Shown here one piece after another: positions 12,071 through 27,714 of a stretch of DNA of 64,000 nucleotides; the stretch's first letter is position 1; each line of letters begins with the position of its first letter. Source of the DNA: Octopus vulgaris (lineage: Eukaryota); NCBI GenBank assembly GCA_951406725.2, contig OX597816.1:87358001-87422000 (forward strand), read 5' to 3'. Both the position numbers and the translations under genes were made by a program. A model generated the notes under the pieces. That model saw nothing but the letters and a program-made list of their open reading frames with translations. It was not told where the DNA came from and made no database searches.

Positions 12071-13081
12071 CTACCACAACCACCACCACCACTACCACCA
12101 TCACTACTACTACTACTACTACTACTTTTTCTTCTTTTTCTTCTTCTTTACTCCTTTAAGCAATAAGACTGCCTCTACAATTAGCCTCACCCCCATCTTC
12201 TCAATTCTTCATCTTCTCTCACACCTTTTAATTCCTTGTTTCTGTTTCTTCCATTTCTCCTCCTATGTCACTCACTGCTACCACTACAGTCACTACCACA
12301 AAAAAAAAGAGAGAAATAAAGAAAATGGCGAAAGAACGAGACGAAGGAGATTAAAAATAGAATGAAGGGAGAAACATGAACAACAGAGCAACAGTATTGT
12401 GAGGGGGAGAGATAGGGGTAAAGAATACAAGGCAGAAAAACGAAAAGAAGAAATATGTACGAAAAAAACTGAAATCAAAGGAATAAACAAAGAAGAATCA
12501 GAGAGAGTACCAACGAAGATGATAAACTGAAATAGTAACTGCTTGGACAGAAAACAAACAGCAGCGAAAAAAAAAAAGAAAGGAAAGACAAAAGTGAACA
12601 ACTGTGGAGAAATCTACGCCATATTTCAATAGCTGAAAGAATATGTAAGTAATTCGTAGCTGAAAACCGCACATTCTTTTTAGATTCGAGAATTCCACTG
12701 CGCTACTTAATTCCAGATCCGAAATGTTTAGTAAATGTAAGCACATCGACAAATTTAATTTGTCGAACTGGAGGACCTCTCCGGATTGAATTGCTATTTC
12801 ACACACTTTGGCTCCCTCCTCATATTATTCTTCGCCAGTTATGATTTCTACAGATAAAGTGAACACAGATCTTGGTTTTCTTTTTATTTCTTCCTTCTCG
12901 TTCCATTTTCGCATCAACTTTCTCGTATTTTTTTCTCATGTTCTCTCATAGACCAGCATCCTCATTTTCAAAAAGACTACCTTGAGACATATGGCATGTT
13001 ATATAAATCAGTCGAATTATTTGGTCTCCGCGGTATGAAACTATTAATAGCTCTTTTCTAAATACTGTGTATATTAAATGA

Positions 13082-13123
<42 letters not shown>

Positions 13124-16100
13124 AACACGCATACATACATATATACATACATACACCCACGTACACACATCAGGTATTTTCAGATGAACCATTTAATGTA
13201 GCATACATTCCATTGCTTTCCATCATCGACTACACCCAACAAGCTGAGGAGGCACGGGTTGCATTCCAGTTTACTTATGCATGATAGCCTCCATAGAACT
13301 CTCCATGTTCATTGAACATTCCATTAACGTTAACTGTTAGATTTTAATTTCAAATACGTGCATGTATCTGCTGTTCGTTTAGATGAGTGTTCTTTTTATA
13401 TTATTATTAAGTCAGAAGTCAAGCATGATTTGAGCAGACCTATATTTAAAGGCATTTCAAGACAACCTAATCGTTTTATGGAAATTTTAGGCTATCAGAA
13501 TCTAATGTTCTCCTTTGTTTTGAGACAGTTGAATGAGATTTGATGACGACTTGACTACTATTTCTAGGGAGCTGACCAATCAAGTAGTGTCTTCCTCGTT
13601 CCGTCGTGTAAGTGTGTATAAATGCATTAGTTGCCCATACTATCCATGCTAAACATTTAATCACAAGTGATTCAAGAGATTGTTTGTTTGTATGCTTGTT
13701 TTCCTAATTAGTTTTTAGCACGTTTCACAGATGATTCTAAAGAGATAATTAACATTCTTTCAAGCGGGGGTGAAAGCCTTTGCTGGAAGAATTTCACTAA
13801 TGGATTTTTGGATGACAGATTCATTCATTTACGAGGATGGTCTAAATTCTCAGATATGCGACCAGGTCATCAGATGTATCCATAAATAATACTACAAAAT
13901 TTTAAACGTCAGATAATCGCACACCAAAACTACAGACACCGGTATGCTTTATATACATGCATATATATATACGCATATAAATGCATATATAATTTTGTTT
14001 GTATGTTTGTACGTATTGCGGTTATATTGGCTACATTCTATATAAACTGTATGACTTGGGTATGGAATATCGGGTTAATCGGGTTGGTTGGGTGTTAGAG
14101 ATGGTGAGCGGACACACTCAAAGACCTTCTCGGAATTATGGAACTCTAGTTCTATTTAGGTGGCACAGATCGAACATTACGCTATTCTGTGGGTGGTCTT
14201 GGTTAGGGAAGACTAAAAGAAAACCCTGATATGAAACATCCAGTTGATGCATCTACAGTCATTATGATCTTGTCTTGTCGCTGGAGCATGGTAGCTGATA
14301 CTTAGTGAGTGGTATTTGTGTTGCGTGAGCGACTGTCAGAGTAATCCCTGTAAAGTACACTCAAACACTACAGTACATTATGATTCTTAGAACTATTACT
14401 ATCCAGCATCGAAATATTTTATGAGGAATAGAACAAAATAACCAGTCTCTCAAAATGTTTTGGATTATGTGACATGCAAACTTGACGACAGATGATTTAT
14501 GTTAAGATTGTTTTCTTTGATCTTCGCAATTAGGAGTGGAATCTTTTATGACTGAGCAGCTTTACTTCAACAACTCAACTTCTTCTATTCAAGTCTGGTT
14601 TCTACTATAAGTATATTTGAGCCACATGCTGCTGTCCTGACGCTGGCATAAGCATTATTCTATATTTACAGTGAGTTCAATAAGCAATAAAAGCATGAGG
14701 CTAGAAAATGCGTTCCAAACCTGCCCCACAGGTTGGATTGACAATAGTGCCTGGTATCTGTTCAATTCAGTAGGAACAGCAAACGTAAAAACATAAATAA
14801 ATTATAGATAGATCTACAAATGCGCTGTAAGAATGAATGGACCCCAACTGGACGATGAAAAATCTAGCACGCCTCAGTACCGTTCTGCACATATTGCAGC
14901 AGAGCTTGACTGAAAATGCATATTGCTGTCTTTTCCGAGAAACGATTGTCAGTCAATTAAAGTGGGTTGAGGTTAACAGTTTCGTTTGGATTTGACAGAC
15001 CATTAGACAAGAAACAATAGGATGGCGTTCACTTTGCCCTATGAAAAACCTAGGTGACAGGCTAGATGACTTGTCATCCAGTGTGAATGACAATATCAAT
15101 AAACTCCGCTGTGAGAATATAGTGGAAACAGCGCTAGGAAGCTTAAAACCAGTCTAATATAACATCATTACAGCAACAAGTCTAGGGCAAGGGAATTATT
15201 AATGCATGCAGCAACTCTTCACTCAGCGGAAGAAACTCTGTTTCCAATTTTCGAGAATCTTAGAAATGTAATTGTTTTCTTATGATGATGGCTTGTATGA
15301 TAATTTTGTGAACCACTCGGAAAATATAAGAAAATAAAGTGCCTTTATTGCTTATTGAACTTCCTGTAAACATAAAGTAATGCTTATGCCAGCTCCAGGA
15401 CAGCAGTATGTGGGTCAAATATTCTTGTCCTAGAAACCAGACTTGAATAGAAGATGAGTTGTTGAAGGAAACAATTTTTGGCAAGTTTTAGACCCGTATA
15501 ATTCTCTTCAGTACCCTTCGGTGATGACACAATATACTCTGCATTCCTTCGATAGGCAGGATTCTTTGAACGGACGTGCTTGGCAGGTGAGATGGTGATT
15601 GTGGTGATATTTCTAGTTATACCTTTGATCTAGAAAACTGCTTCACGGTGTGTGAACTTTTGTGTTAACGTCTATGTTAACTCCTCCTAGTTTTATTCTA
15701 CTGTAAATTCTGATTTCTATTGATTATTTTTTCACTGAAGTTTATCCTAGCTAGCACATCTTCATTATAAGTGTGTGCCCCATAAAAGATATCCCTGCAT
15801 CAGAAACTCGTCTAACTAAGGCCGGTAGGTGGTTGGAAGTTTTATTAATGTAAATGATATCTTGATTTGGCTTTCTAAAGAAATACTGTTTGTCTAACTT
15901 TACATCTAATGTCTAGGTTACTGCTAATAGTTATGTTTAAACCAAATTCCTAATATATTTCTATTACATCCTTCTTGCGTCTAATCATTGGGTAATACAT
16001 ATTGTATGAGTTTGCTAATGCATCACCTCGGTACATTCCGGAAAATATAGTGAAAACAGCGCTAGGAAGCTTAAAACCAGTCATGTCTAATGTAACATCA

Positions 16101-16632
16101 TTACAGCCACAAGTCCAGGGGCAAGGGAATTATTGCTTTTGCCCATATGATAAGTTCCAAATCTTGAAACTATTCATGACATTCCTTAACCGGAGCATAA
16201 ATATTGTCCGCTTCTTGTTTCCAGTAGAAGTTTTATTTGGTAACCTTCCATATTTCCTAGGTGCCTGAACATCACAACGAATACAAATTAGATTCAAAGA
16301 AATTGCCTCTTAAACACTACCACTGGGGAAATATTCAGAAACAAAATCGGTACCCCAATCATTTTCTCCTAAAGAACATGATTTTTTTTTTTTAGCCCTA
16401 GAATTTCGAAAACTGGTTTCAAGATAAGAAAATTCTATTGCGAACGATGTTGATTATATTTTGAATAAATATATTTACGACATGCTTTACGCTGTTTTGA
16501 ATCCATTACACGAAACACGACATTATTTTTTCGGTTCTCCTAACACACACACACACATACACACATACCTACATTATTAAAAATTATCACCCAAGCTCCA
16601 AAGCAGCTGGTGTGGCCTGCCGAGTGTGTGTG

Positions 16633-16698
<66 letters not shown>

Positions 16699-17158
16699 GA
16701 GGGAGAGAAATAGATGGATAGTGATCTGATGTGCATGTACGAGAAACGTTTAATATGCATGTGAAAACATGGATAATAAAATGTAAGTGTATACTTAATC
16801 ACTTTTTTTCTCGAACCATGAGATATTTGATTTCGTGAAAGACTGTAGTAGGCTGGCAAATCTTATTTTGTTCAATTGGAATTTATTAAATTACCAAATC
16901 GCTGGGATGTCACATTAAAATTCACCTCTTCGCATTCTGGTGGATTGCACCAGCGGCTTTCGCCTCTTTCTTTCACGAGCTTAATATAGTGAAAATATTG
17001 CTAAAATGCCTAAAACCATTTTTGTCTGATGTAACAGCGTTACGGCCGTGGATGATTTGAAAACTAAGTGTAAAAGTATATAACTGAAATGACACTTATC
17101 TCATAGTCCACTTAAGTGCTCTGTCTACTTATTTAGGGAAGGTAATATATGTAAGTCG

Positions 17159-17447
17159 AGGCACATGGCCTGGTGGTTAGAGGTCGAGGGATCGCGGGTT
17201 CGAATCTCAGACCGGGCGATGTGTGTGTTTATGAGCGAAAACACCTACGCTCCACATGGCTCCGGCAGGAGGTAATGACGAACTTCTGCTGAGTCTTTCG
17301 CCACAACTTTCTCTCACTCTTTCCTCCTGCATCTTGTAGCTCACCTGCGACGGACCGGCGTCCCGTCCAGATGGGGAACCTATACGCCAAGAAACCGGGA
17401 AACCAGCCCTTATGAGCCAGGCATGGCTCGAGAAGGAACAAACAAAA
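17159..17447 (+). mobile_element. tRNA-derived SINE family C/D with V-like domain
   Basis: A/B boxes TGGCCTGGTGG and GGTTCGAATCT, then CCTGCGACGGACCGGCGTCCCGTCCAG...GAAACCGGG and tail GGCATGGCTCGAGAAGGAAC. Confidence 0.8.
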
Positions 17448-17759
17448 AAATATATGTAAAGCTACATAGTAGGCATGCAAACATGGCAAAATTTAACCAT
17501 TTCTCTCTAGATTGAAACCAATAACGAACAGCCTTATTCGATTATCGACGCTTATTGGGGTCTCATCAACGGTGTCTACACCACTTGGTCAATACCAAAG
17601 AAATACGTAGCCAATCTGTTTATATGAACAACAAATCCTGCAGCTTCAGACAACCAAAGTTATCAATTTGCATACCATAAATGTTCAACACTTTTTATTT
17701 AACATCAGCGGTCCGTCAACGGGAATCTGAGTGCACATAGTTGTTTCTCAATATATTCT

Positions 17760-17915
17760 ATTCTGTCGTTTGGAGTTCAAATTCCGTCGAGGTCGACTTT
17801 GCCTTTCATCCTTTCGGGGTCGATAAATTAAGTACTGGTAGCGTACTGGAGTCGATCTAATCGACTGGCTCCGTCCCCCAAAATCCTGGGCCTTGTGCCT
17901 AGAGTAAAAAAGAAT
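17760..17915 (+). mobile_element. SINE family A, 3' unit
   Basis: Matches 1270-1405 and the reverse complement of 91-230. Confidence 0.8.
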
Positions 17916-18567
17916 ATATTCTATTCTGTTGCAGTGATTCAATGTGTAACAAGTAGAGATATAGCTATAAGTAGAAATGCTAATTATCTAGTCCTAAGTT
18001 GACTGGTTTATGATTAAATAATAGTCACAACAAAGACTGGTAAATTGTATCGAATTTCTTGTTATAATAGTTTTACGGTTTGACGTTTATTTTAAATTTA
18101 ATTCACCGAAAATGCTAATTATACATACATTTGCTCATAGATATGGGACATGATATGTATTTTAAAACCACAGGATCTGAGGCACTCACAGCCTGAAGCA
18201 CTGTGTCATAAGAAACACAATTTTACTGAATACAAACTTAGGTATCTATCATAAGTACCTTTTCTTTTTGTATTAAATAAAGAAAAACGAAGATACAAAA
18301 GGCAATGTTGTACACAAGTAACCGACATTTCAAGCTAAAATACAAACTCCTTTTTGACAAAAAAAAAAAGTCAATAGAGTTTCTTTGATATTTGCTGACA
18401 AATATACAAGTGTAGAAGTGTATAATTCGTTATCGATATAGATAAAATGAAATTCTTTCTACTGAGAATTGAAACAGACTCGTAAAGTTAGATTTCAGGG
18501 TCAGGTGATTTTTCCAAATATCGACCACCATTGCACGATAAATATTCCAGGATGGCGACAGAAAAAA

Positions 18568-18626
<59 letters not shown>

Positions 18627-19349
18627 GAAGGAAGGAAGGAAGGAAGGAAGACAGACAGACAGACAGAGATAAGTAGACAGATAAGCAGACAGACATAATA
18701 GAGGAAAGAAAGCAAATACAGAGAATTTTTTGCAGCGTGGGGATTATTGAACCATCGATTCTAAACGGACTTACCAATCGAGCAACAATAAACTTAAAGT
18801 CGTGAAACACGGTGAACATGGAAATTGGAGAAGTTGTTTAAGACTAATATCAATATCGTATACATGTGTGTGTATGTATATGTGTGTGTGTGTGCGTGTG
18901 TGTGGGGGGGTGTTCCACAAACACATTTACATACATAGCCTGCACACATAAACATACGCATCAATCGCAGCAGTTCTGGCATGTATAATATAACAACCAT
19001 TAAAATACATCGACTGTCTCATCTCTCTGCAATTTACCACCGGATAATTAAACCACTTTTCATATGGCCCACCAGAAGAAGACAAGGAAAAGAAAAGCGT
19101 AAAACGGAAAAGAAGATATTCATTATTCAAATTGGTCTGTAGTTATTTCGTTGATATCGGAAAGAAATATCATATATATATAAATGTCGATATATAAAGC
19201 TCCATATCAATAACTGGCACGAATGCCTCCGATAATCTTTATATCCGTTTTGCTTTGTTGTTACGTAGAAGGCCTAAGCCTCCAACACTCGCAGCAAGCA
19301 AACTTTTGTGTTAGGTTCCATCCATCATTCTGCCATACCCCCGGAATAG

Positions 19350-20100
19350 CACGTGACTTTTTGGCAGTTCAATATACTATAAAGAACTTCGCGTGAAATG
19401 TTGAAGCATCTGGGTAAGTTTTCAGGATTAGTTGAAGCCCTGTGTTACACAAAATTTTGTTAGAATGTATGAACCATCTGAAGCATTAGCAGCTGTCATG
19501 AGAAACACTTAAATTATGAGCTACTAAGGTTCATGTGACTACATTATGAAATTTTGCGTTCAAAGATTTGAAGGGCTGCAATTAAAATAAACACGAAAGC
19601 TATTAAGCAGAAATCGAGGAGATTAGCGATGGATCCATGTCAGCACAGATTTATTCAATAAAGTGTCAAAATCTTAATAGCTGCAGTTAAATATATTATT
19701 AAAGGGCAATAATTTACTTTTCAGAAATATAATTTTTCAAACTTTACTGAAGTATCAGAACAGGATCAGAACAGAAAATATATTTAGTGAAGAAGACAAG
19801 ATATTACAAAAGGATCAACTAATTAGAAAGCTCCTATACCATTGATTCCCTCATTCCATGCAGCCAGAAGTTGACAGAGCGTTGCAAAGGTCGAAAATGG
19901 TTAGAGGGTGACATGGGATGGTCGATAATTTTCTAGGTGGTTTCAAAATCCAGACGTCGAAAAAAGATTAACTTTATGTTTTAAATTTCTAGAGTTAATC
20001 ATCTTGACGAAGGGTGGTAATTAACATTTAGAAACCTTACTTATTTCAAAGTTAACTCTTTTGTACGACTCCTTGTGCAACTTTATCGCTTCATTTCAAG
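19350..20100 (+). mobile_element. Highly decayed hAT transposase relic
   Basis: STDLFNKV...LNILLKGNN resembles the hAT motif LxDIFxxLNxLNxxLQG; heavily disrupted. Confidence 0.3.
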
Positions 20101-21114
20101 AACAAAATACCGCTCCATTTAAAAAGCTGCCTTACCCATTCCCTAAAGTCGCACATCGATGAGGAAATCGGTGTACTGAACTCATACTGTTCTTTGCTAT
20201 CCTAAAAATGATTGCCTATCCAAATATAATATGTTTACATCAAACAGTGTTAAATCAATGGAGAGGTCAGCTATTCTGAAAAGAGCAGATACTGAAACAA
20301 ATGTCTTCTGCGATGTTTGTAAAGCTATGAACGACTTCATTACAGTGGCAAAAGTTAAGGCCTATGTTTATGTTAGACTTTTGCCGAAACTTTTTATTTT
20401 TTATTTTTTTGTATCAAACACTGACGAACAACCACTACTGATCAGACCACTTTTTAGTGCGAGACAACAGAGCATGGTTTTCAATGATGTGGTATATTAA
20501 ACGCTATAATGATTTGCTTTGTTGGGAAAAGGTACAATCACCATCGTGCCATATGTATCTGGGGAGAGGTATATATATATAAATATATAAATAATCAGGA
20601 ACACAGTGCGTTTTTATTCTCCTCTTTTATAGACATTTTATATATATAGAATAGGAAGGAGTGCTGTAATTGGTAATCCATTAGGACCCAAGTTCACAAC
20701 AGGGGCTGGAGCTGGGGAACCGTAGTCCACTTCCGAGTAAGCTTGTACTGAAAATAAATTTATATGATCTTATAAGCTTGTTGAAGCACATTCTCACCAA
20801 TTGTCCATATCCTGTGAGTGAGAGGTACTGCTACTGATACCAGTCGTGGATGTCATAGCAGGCGCCACCCGCAGTGGGATTAGCCATTATAAGTGCTTCA
20901 ACAAGAACACTATCTCTTTTGTAAAAGACTTAATTTAAATTTGTTAAATATCCCAGTGCACCTATCACAGCAGGTATGAATGATAATCTGTAGCACGATA
21001 CAAGATCTAGAAGTTCTGCATTAGTTCACTATAGATATTCTATTATTGTACAAGTTTAAACAAGTTACTAATAGCTTATCTCAAAAGTAGCGCATGATTT
21101 GTGATCCTTGTGCT

Positions 21115-21305
21115 ATAAACGAAGAACAAACGCAACAAGAAAAAAAATCAACAACGAGAGTACGTGGTACATGCAAAGTATTAGCAGACGCTCAGGGAAG
21201 GAAAGAAAGGTGGTTTTACGTTTCGAGCAAGGCTCTTTGTCTGAAACAGGAGACAGAGGAAAGTCCAAGAGAAAAGGAAGAGGGACGAAAAGAATCTCCA
21301 GCGAT
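21115..21305 (-). mobile_element. Penelope-like pLTR fragment
   Basis: Homologous to 10900-11082; hammerhead core decayed to CAGACAAA. Confidence 0.55.
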
Positions 21306-22034
21306 CCACATGTGGTTACATATATATTCATATATGGGTACAGGACGTCATCAACTGTGTAGACAAGATGAAATACGAAAACAAATGAGTTAAATACGCA
21401 AACAACGAGAGAAGAAAATGGAAAACAAGTAAGCACTGAGAAAGACCCTTCATCAGTTGTCGGCTGTCTATCTACTCCTCATTTCGAGCATTCAACAATA
21501 TGAGTCTTCAAAGACAGTTGCTCCCATAAATTTCTTTCTCTCTCTTCTACCTTTTCTCTTTTCAAAGAAAATATTTCTCCCAACGTTCACTATTTTCCTC
21601 TCGTTCTAGTCTAACGACCCTCCGTGATTGTTTTCCTTCGGTTTCCTTGTATGTCTCCACTGTCCTGTTTTTGTTCCCAACTTTGACTCTCCATAAACCC
21701 CAAATTTCATTTTGCTACTTATGGGAGCAACTGTCTTTTAAGACTAATATTGTCGTTGAATGCTCGAAAGGAGGAGTAGTTAGACAGCCGACAACTGATG
21801 AAGAGTCGTTCTCTGTGTTTACTTGTGCTGTTTTCCATTTTTCTCTCGTTGTTTACGTATGTAACTCGTTTGTTTTTGTATTTCAAGTTGTTTACACGAA
21901 TGGTGACATCCCGTACCCATATATATATATGTGTGTGTGTGTGGGGGGGGGGGGGGTGTGCATGCGTATTTATCGATAGATGGAAGACGATTCAATAATT
22001 AGTATAAACACTTCTTAAAATAAAAAAGAAAAAA

Positions 22035-22285
22035 AATGTTCCTTCTCGAGCCATGCCAGGCTCATAAGTACCGATTTCCCGGTTTCAGTGGCGTAGAAAT
22101 TCGCCACCTGGACGGGACTCCGGTCCGTCGCAAGATTACTCATTTTTGCCAGTTGAATGGACTGGAACAACGTGAAATGAAGTGTTTTGCTCAAGAACAC
22201 AACGCATCACCCGGTCCAGGAATCGAAACCACAACCTTACGATCATGAGTTCAACACCCTAAACACTAAGCCACGCACCTCCACT
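22035..22285 (-). mobile_element. SINE family C (full length)
   Basis: tRNA-like head, TTGTGTTCTTGAGCAAAACACTT, V-like domain and tail shared with 17159. Confidence 0.85.
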
Positions 22286-22398
22286 ATAAACGCTTCTTAG
22301 TAAACTTTAAATTGAAAAAGACATTTTATTGCAGTTGATGACTGGCTTCACACAGTATCTGTCCACCACATTCACTCACAAAACCATGGTAAGTATTG

Positions 22399-23544
<1,146 letters not shown>

Positions 23545-23649
23545 CAATAGCTATGTATTTATGTGAAAAAACACTTGGAAATGATACAATGAAGCCTTGG
23601 AAGATAAAAGACCGCTTACCGCCACCACCGCTACTACCACGACCATCTT

Positions 23650-24290
23650 GATAAGATGTCTTCTGATAGGGAGAATCTTGTAAAGCATTGAAAGATTTGA
23701 ACGATGTATAATACGAGTGGAGTTCCTCTACTTACCACTTCACATTAATATTCAAATAGGAATAAACACCCATTATACTCTATCCTTTAAAATAGCTTTA
23801 AAAATACAGAATGACACATACGCGATTCAAGGGAATATCTTCGCATTGAGTTGTAAAGGAAGTAATAGAAATTGTTTTCAATATATTCTTAAAGTTATAC
23901 CTCTGAGTAACTATATACTCGTTACATTAAGGAGACAGAAGATGAATCGACAGTAACTGCAGAGTTTCGATGGTGTATGCTTTTATCTCATTTCACGTGT
24001 CAACATTTGGAAAATCTAAGTCATATGGCCAATGCGAGATTTTGTAGTCCAAATGATAAGTGAATTATGGAAGAAACTCTTTTTGTTAAATAGCTTAAGA
24101 TTAACTTGTAGGCTGATGAAAGAATTATCTTAGTTTTTGGAAGAGTGTTTAAGAAAATATACTATAGCTTCCTCCTGAGAATACTACGACAATAGCTTCT
24201 GATGGCGAACTAGCCATGACTGGAGTCACGGTTTTTCAGGTTTCCTGAAGAATATAAGTCCTTATATAATGTGCAATGTGTTTTATACAA
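23650..24290 (+). mobile_element. hAT (Charlie/ZBED-type) transposase relic, N-terminal half
   Basis: Motifs in order: IGENLVK, KVIPLSNY, DEST, MEETLF, IASDGELAMTG, with frameshifts and stops. Confidence 0.7.
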
Positions 24291-24655
24291 ATATTTGTAA
24301 CAAAAATATCTCACTCAATAACTTCATGATGCTTTGTGAGTATGTATGTGTGTGTGTGTGTGAATATATATATATATATATATATATATAATAGAAATAT
24401 GTTACAAAAAGAAAATAGAAACTACACGTGGTAATGTAAGGGGAAAGTAAGAAAAAAACAACGAAAATGCACATTGTAAATCAAAAAAAGTAAAGGCTTT
24501 TTATGAAAAGTAACGAAAGATATATACAATTACATAACTGAGGTAGGAATAAAAGTAATAAAAGTCATCCTTGTGAATTGTTAAAGAGATTCAAGCATAC
24601 CGGTTTCGTAAGTTACTATTCATTGCTTTGGATGCATACCGATTAATATATATAT

Positions 24656-24693
<38 letters not shown>

Positions 24694-24696
<3 letters not shown>

Positions 24697-25080
24697 GCAG
24701 TATCGCCCGGCGTTGCTCGGGTTTGTTTCGACCCGCTGGAATTGAAATTTTTGAAAAGTAAAAATTTTGCATTATGTAGCTTGTTATTCTCTTCAAGTGA
24801 ACATTTTACTGGTTGAAATACACCGAAAAGTGACGACACAGCAGTGAAAAAATCGTAAAAATAGGGATTTTCATAGAAAAAAGCACCTTTTTGATGTAAA
24901 TAATTTTTGATGTTAACATGGTCCGATTTGAATTTTATCTTCTACGGAAGGAAGAGCAACCCTTCTATCATACTCTCAATTTTGGTCAACTTGCGCCGCA
25001 GGGTCTCGGAGGAGATAGTGTTAGTTGAAGGCTACCAAACCTGGCGCACACAGACAACTTCAGCTTTATATAGAGAGAGA
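24694..25080 (-). mobile_element. Non-autonomous Helitron
   Basis: 3' hairpin CCCGAGCAACGCCGGG followed by CGATACTGCTA; 5' A|TCTCTCTCTATATAAAGCTGAAGTTG parallels 2986. Confidence 0.75.
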
Positions 25081-25359
25081 TAACACACACACATTAATAC
25101 ACATACATACACACACATTAATACACATACATACACACACACATGTATGTATGGATGTATGTATGTATATATGTACATCTGTCCACTTCTTACCATATTT
25201 TTATCCTTCACTTCCTACACACACACATAGACACACACACACACTCACACACACACTCACACACACACACACACGCACGCACACACACACACACATTAGC
25301 TTACAATTTTCTTTCAACAATTGACACTGTCGTATATGTATGTTTGCGTGTCTATGTGT

Positions 25360-25808
25360 GTAAAGAGAAAGTGGGAGAAAGTCTGGTAATAGGCGGAGTA
25401 AAGCCTTTGAAGTGAGAGAGGGAAATCGTAAAATATTGAGTTTTCTCGAATTTTTGCTTAATTGGGGGTGAAATTGAAAGAAATTTATATGCCATGACCG
25501 AACGGAATGTACTTGGAAAAATCATAGGTAAACTCCAATTGAAGAAATTGTGTGAGGAGTAAATCGTTATGTATTTATTTGTTTCTATTTGCTCTGTATT
25601 TTTTTTTTGAATAGTGGTTTAAGGTACACTTGCAAAGAGAAAGTAGGAGAAATTATGGTAATAGCATGAGTGAAGCAGTTGTAATTAGAGAGGCAAATCG
25701 TAAAATATTTACTTTTCTCAAATTTTTGCTTAATTGGGCGTCAAATTGAAAAAACTTTATATACCATGACCCAATCGAATCTACTTGTAAAAATCGTAGG
25801 TAAATTCC
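25360..25808 (+). repeat. Diverged direct repeat, ~272-bp period
   Basis: AAAGAGAAAGT.GGAGAAA...AAATCGTAAAATATT...TTTTGCTTAATTGGG...CCATGACC at 25360-25537 and 25632-25808. Confidence 0.8.
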
Positions 25809-25914
25809 TGAAGACCGCGATTGTCCGCTGCCCTAACCACTGGGAACAGGCCATTGCGCCTCCATAAGATTATATAAGATATATATATATATATATCTTT
25901 TCATATATATTCTT

Positions 25915-26093
25915 TTCATCTTTTATTTGTTTCAGCCATTTGACTGCAGCCATGCTGGAGCACCACCTTTAGTCGAACAAATCGACCCCAGAGCTTATTC
26001 TTTGTAAGCCTAGTACTTATTCTATCAGTTCTTTGGCCGAACCGCTATGTTACGTTGTCAAGCGATGGTGGGGGGACAAACAAACAAACACAT

Positions 26094-26154
<61 letters not shown>

Positions 26155-26320
26155 CGACGGGCTTCTTTCAGTTTCCGTCAACCAAATCCACTCACAAGGC
26201 TCTGGTTGACCCGAAGATATTGTAGAAGACACTTACCCAAGGTTCCACGCAGTGGGACTGAACCCAGAACCATGTGGTTGCTAAGCAAGTTACTTTCCAC
26301 AGAGCTGCGTTTGCGCCCAT
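25915..26320 (-). mobile_element. SINE family B
   Basis: Reverse complement of the 1407-1806 type. Confidence 0.85.
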
Positions 26321-26442
26321 ATGCGCATATATACATATATATGTGGTAAGTAACTTGCTTAGCAACCACATGGTTCTGGGTTCAGTCCACTGCGTGGCAC
26401 GTTGGGTAAGTGTCTTCTACAATATCTTCGGGTCGACCAGAG

Positions 26443-26491
<49 letters not shown>

Positions 26492-27327
26492 TACTTTATA
26501 TAATTAAGGGCTCAGTAAAATAATTTACTTTACCACATACTGAAATTTTTAGAAATAGTAGCCAAAAAGTTTCTTTTTATATATATATATATATACTTTA
26601 GGTTACTTTTTAGTTTACTTTTCAATTTCTAAAAGCCTGTAAGATGTTGGCTAACGATTTTTATAATGCGATTAGCTACAAGACAGAGGGAGTTGCATTT
26701 TTACAAGAAACCAGCACTAAATTCACATCATTTCTTAAGACAAAGAAAAGTGCCATTCTGTTGTGTGATCTACAATGTAAAGGGAGACAACTTTAGGTTA
26801 TTTTTTACAGTACTTTGTGTTGGTGCATCTTTCCGTATGATCTAAATGACTACAAATTAACTTTGGTGCTTGATCTACGTGCTTATTTTGATTCTAATTT
26901 GGCTTTCTTATTATTTAAATAGTAATAATTTTGAGAAAATACATTTACAAACACAAGACACAAAGACACACACACAGATATATTCATATATATATAAATA
27001 CTACGGGCTTTTTTTTTCTTTTTCATTTTCCGTCTACCATCTCCACTCACAAGGCTTTACTCGACCACCCAAAGCTATAGTAGAAGACACTTGCCCAAGG
27101 TGCCACGTAGTAAGACTGAACGCGGAACCATGTACGAAGTAATCTTAAAAAGTAATCTCCCTTGTAGATCACATGCCGAAGGAGCACGTGCGCACACACA
27201 CACACATATATGTATATATATATATATATATATTTAAAGGGAAAAATTTATTAATTTTTCCCTTATGAGGATTTTCACGCTACTTGATAAATTCTTATAA
27301 AGATTTATCCTATTTTTAAAAAGTATG

Positions 27328-27358
<31 letters not shown>

Positions 27359-27714
27359 ATAAGGATGAAAAGGGACACCCGAGTATATATATATGAAAAA
27401 ACAAGTCAAGATATATATATATATATATATGAGATCATGTGGGGTAACAAAACCAAGGCAGGACAAGCTTATAAGATCATATAAATTTATTTTCAGTACA
27501 AGCTTGCTCGGAAGTGGACTACGGTTCCCCAGCTCCAGCCCCTGTTGTGAACTTGGGTCCTAATGGATTACCAATTACAGCACTTACACGGCGTACCTAT
27601 TGGTCTAGATCATCTGTAGCCTAAATCCTTCCTATTCTATATATATAAAACGTCTATAAAAAAGGATAATAAAAATGCACTGTGTTCCTGATTATTTGAA
27701 CATCGTCTTTCACT

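Noticed and set aside
17159-17218. tRNA gene (A/B boxes; also the other SINE heads)
   Set aside because: No complete cloverleaf, and it runs directly into SINE body and tail sequence.
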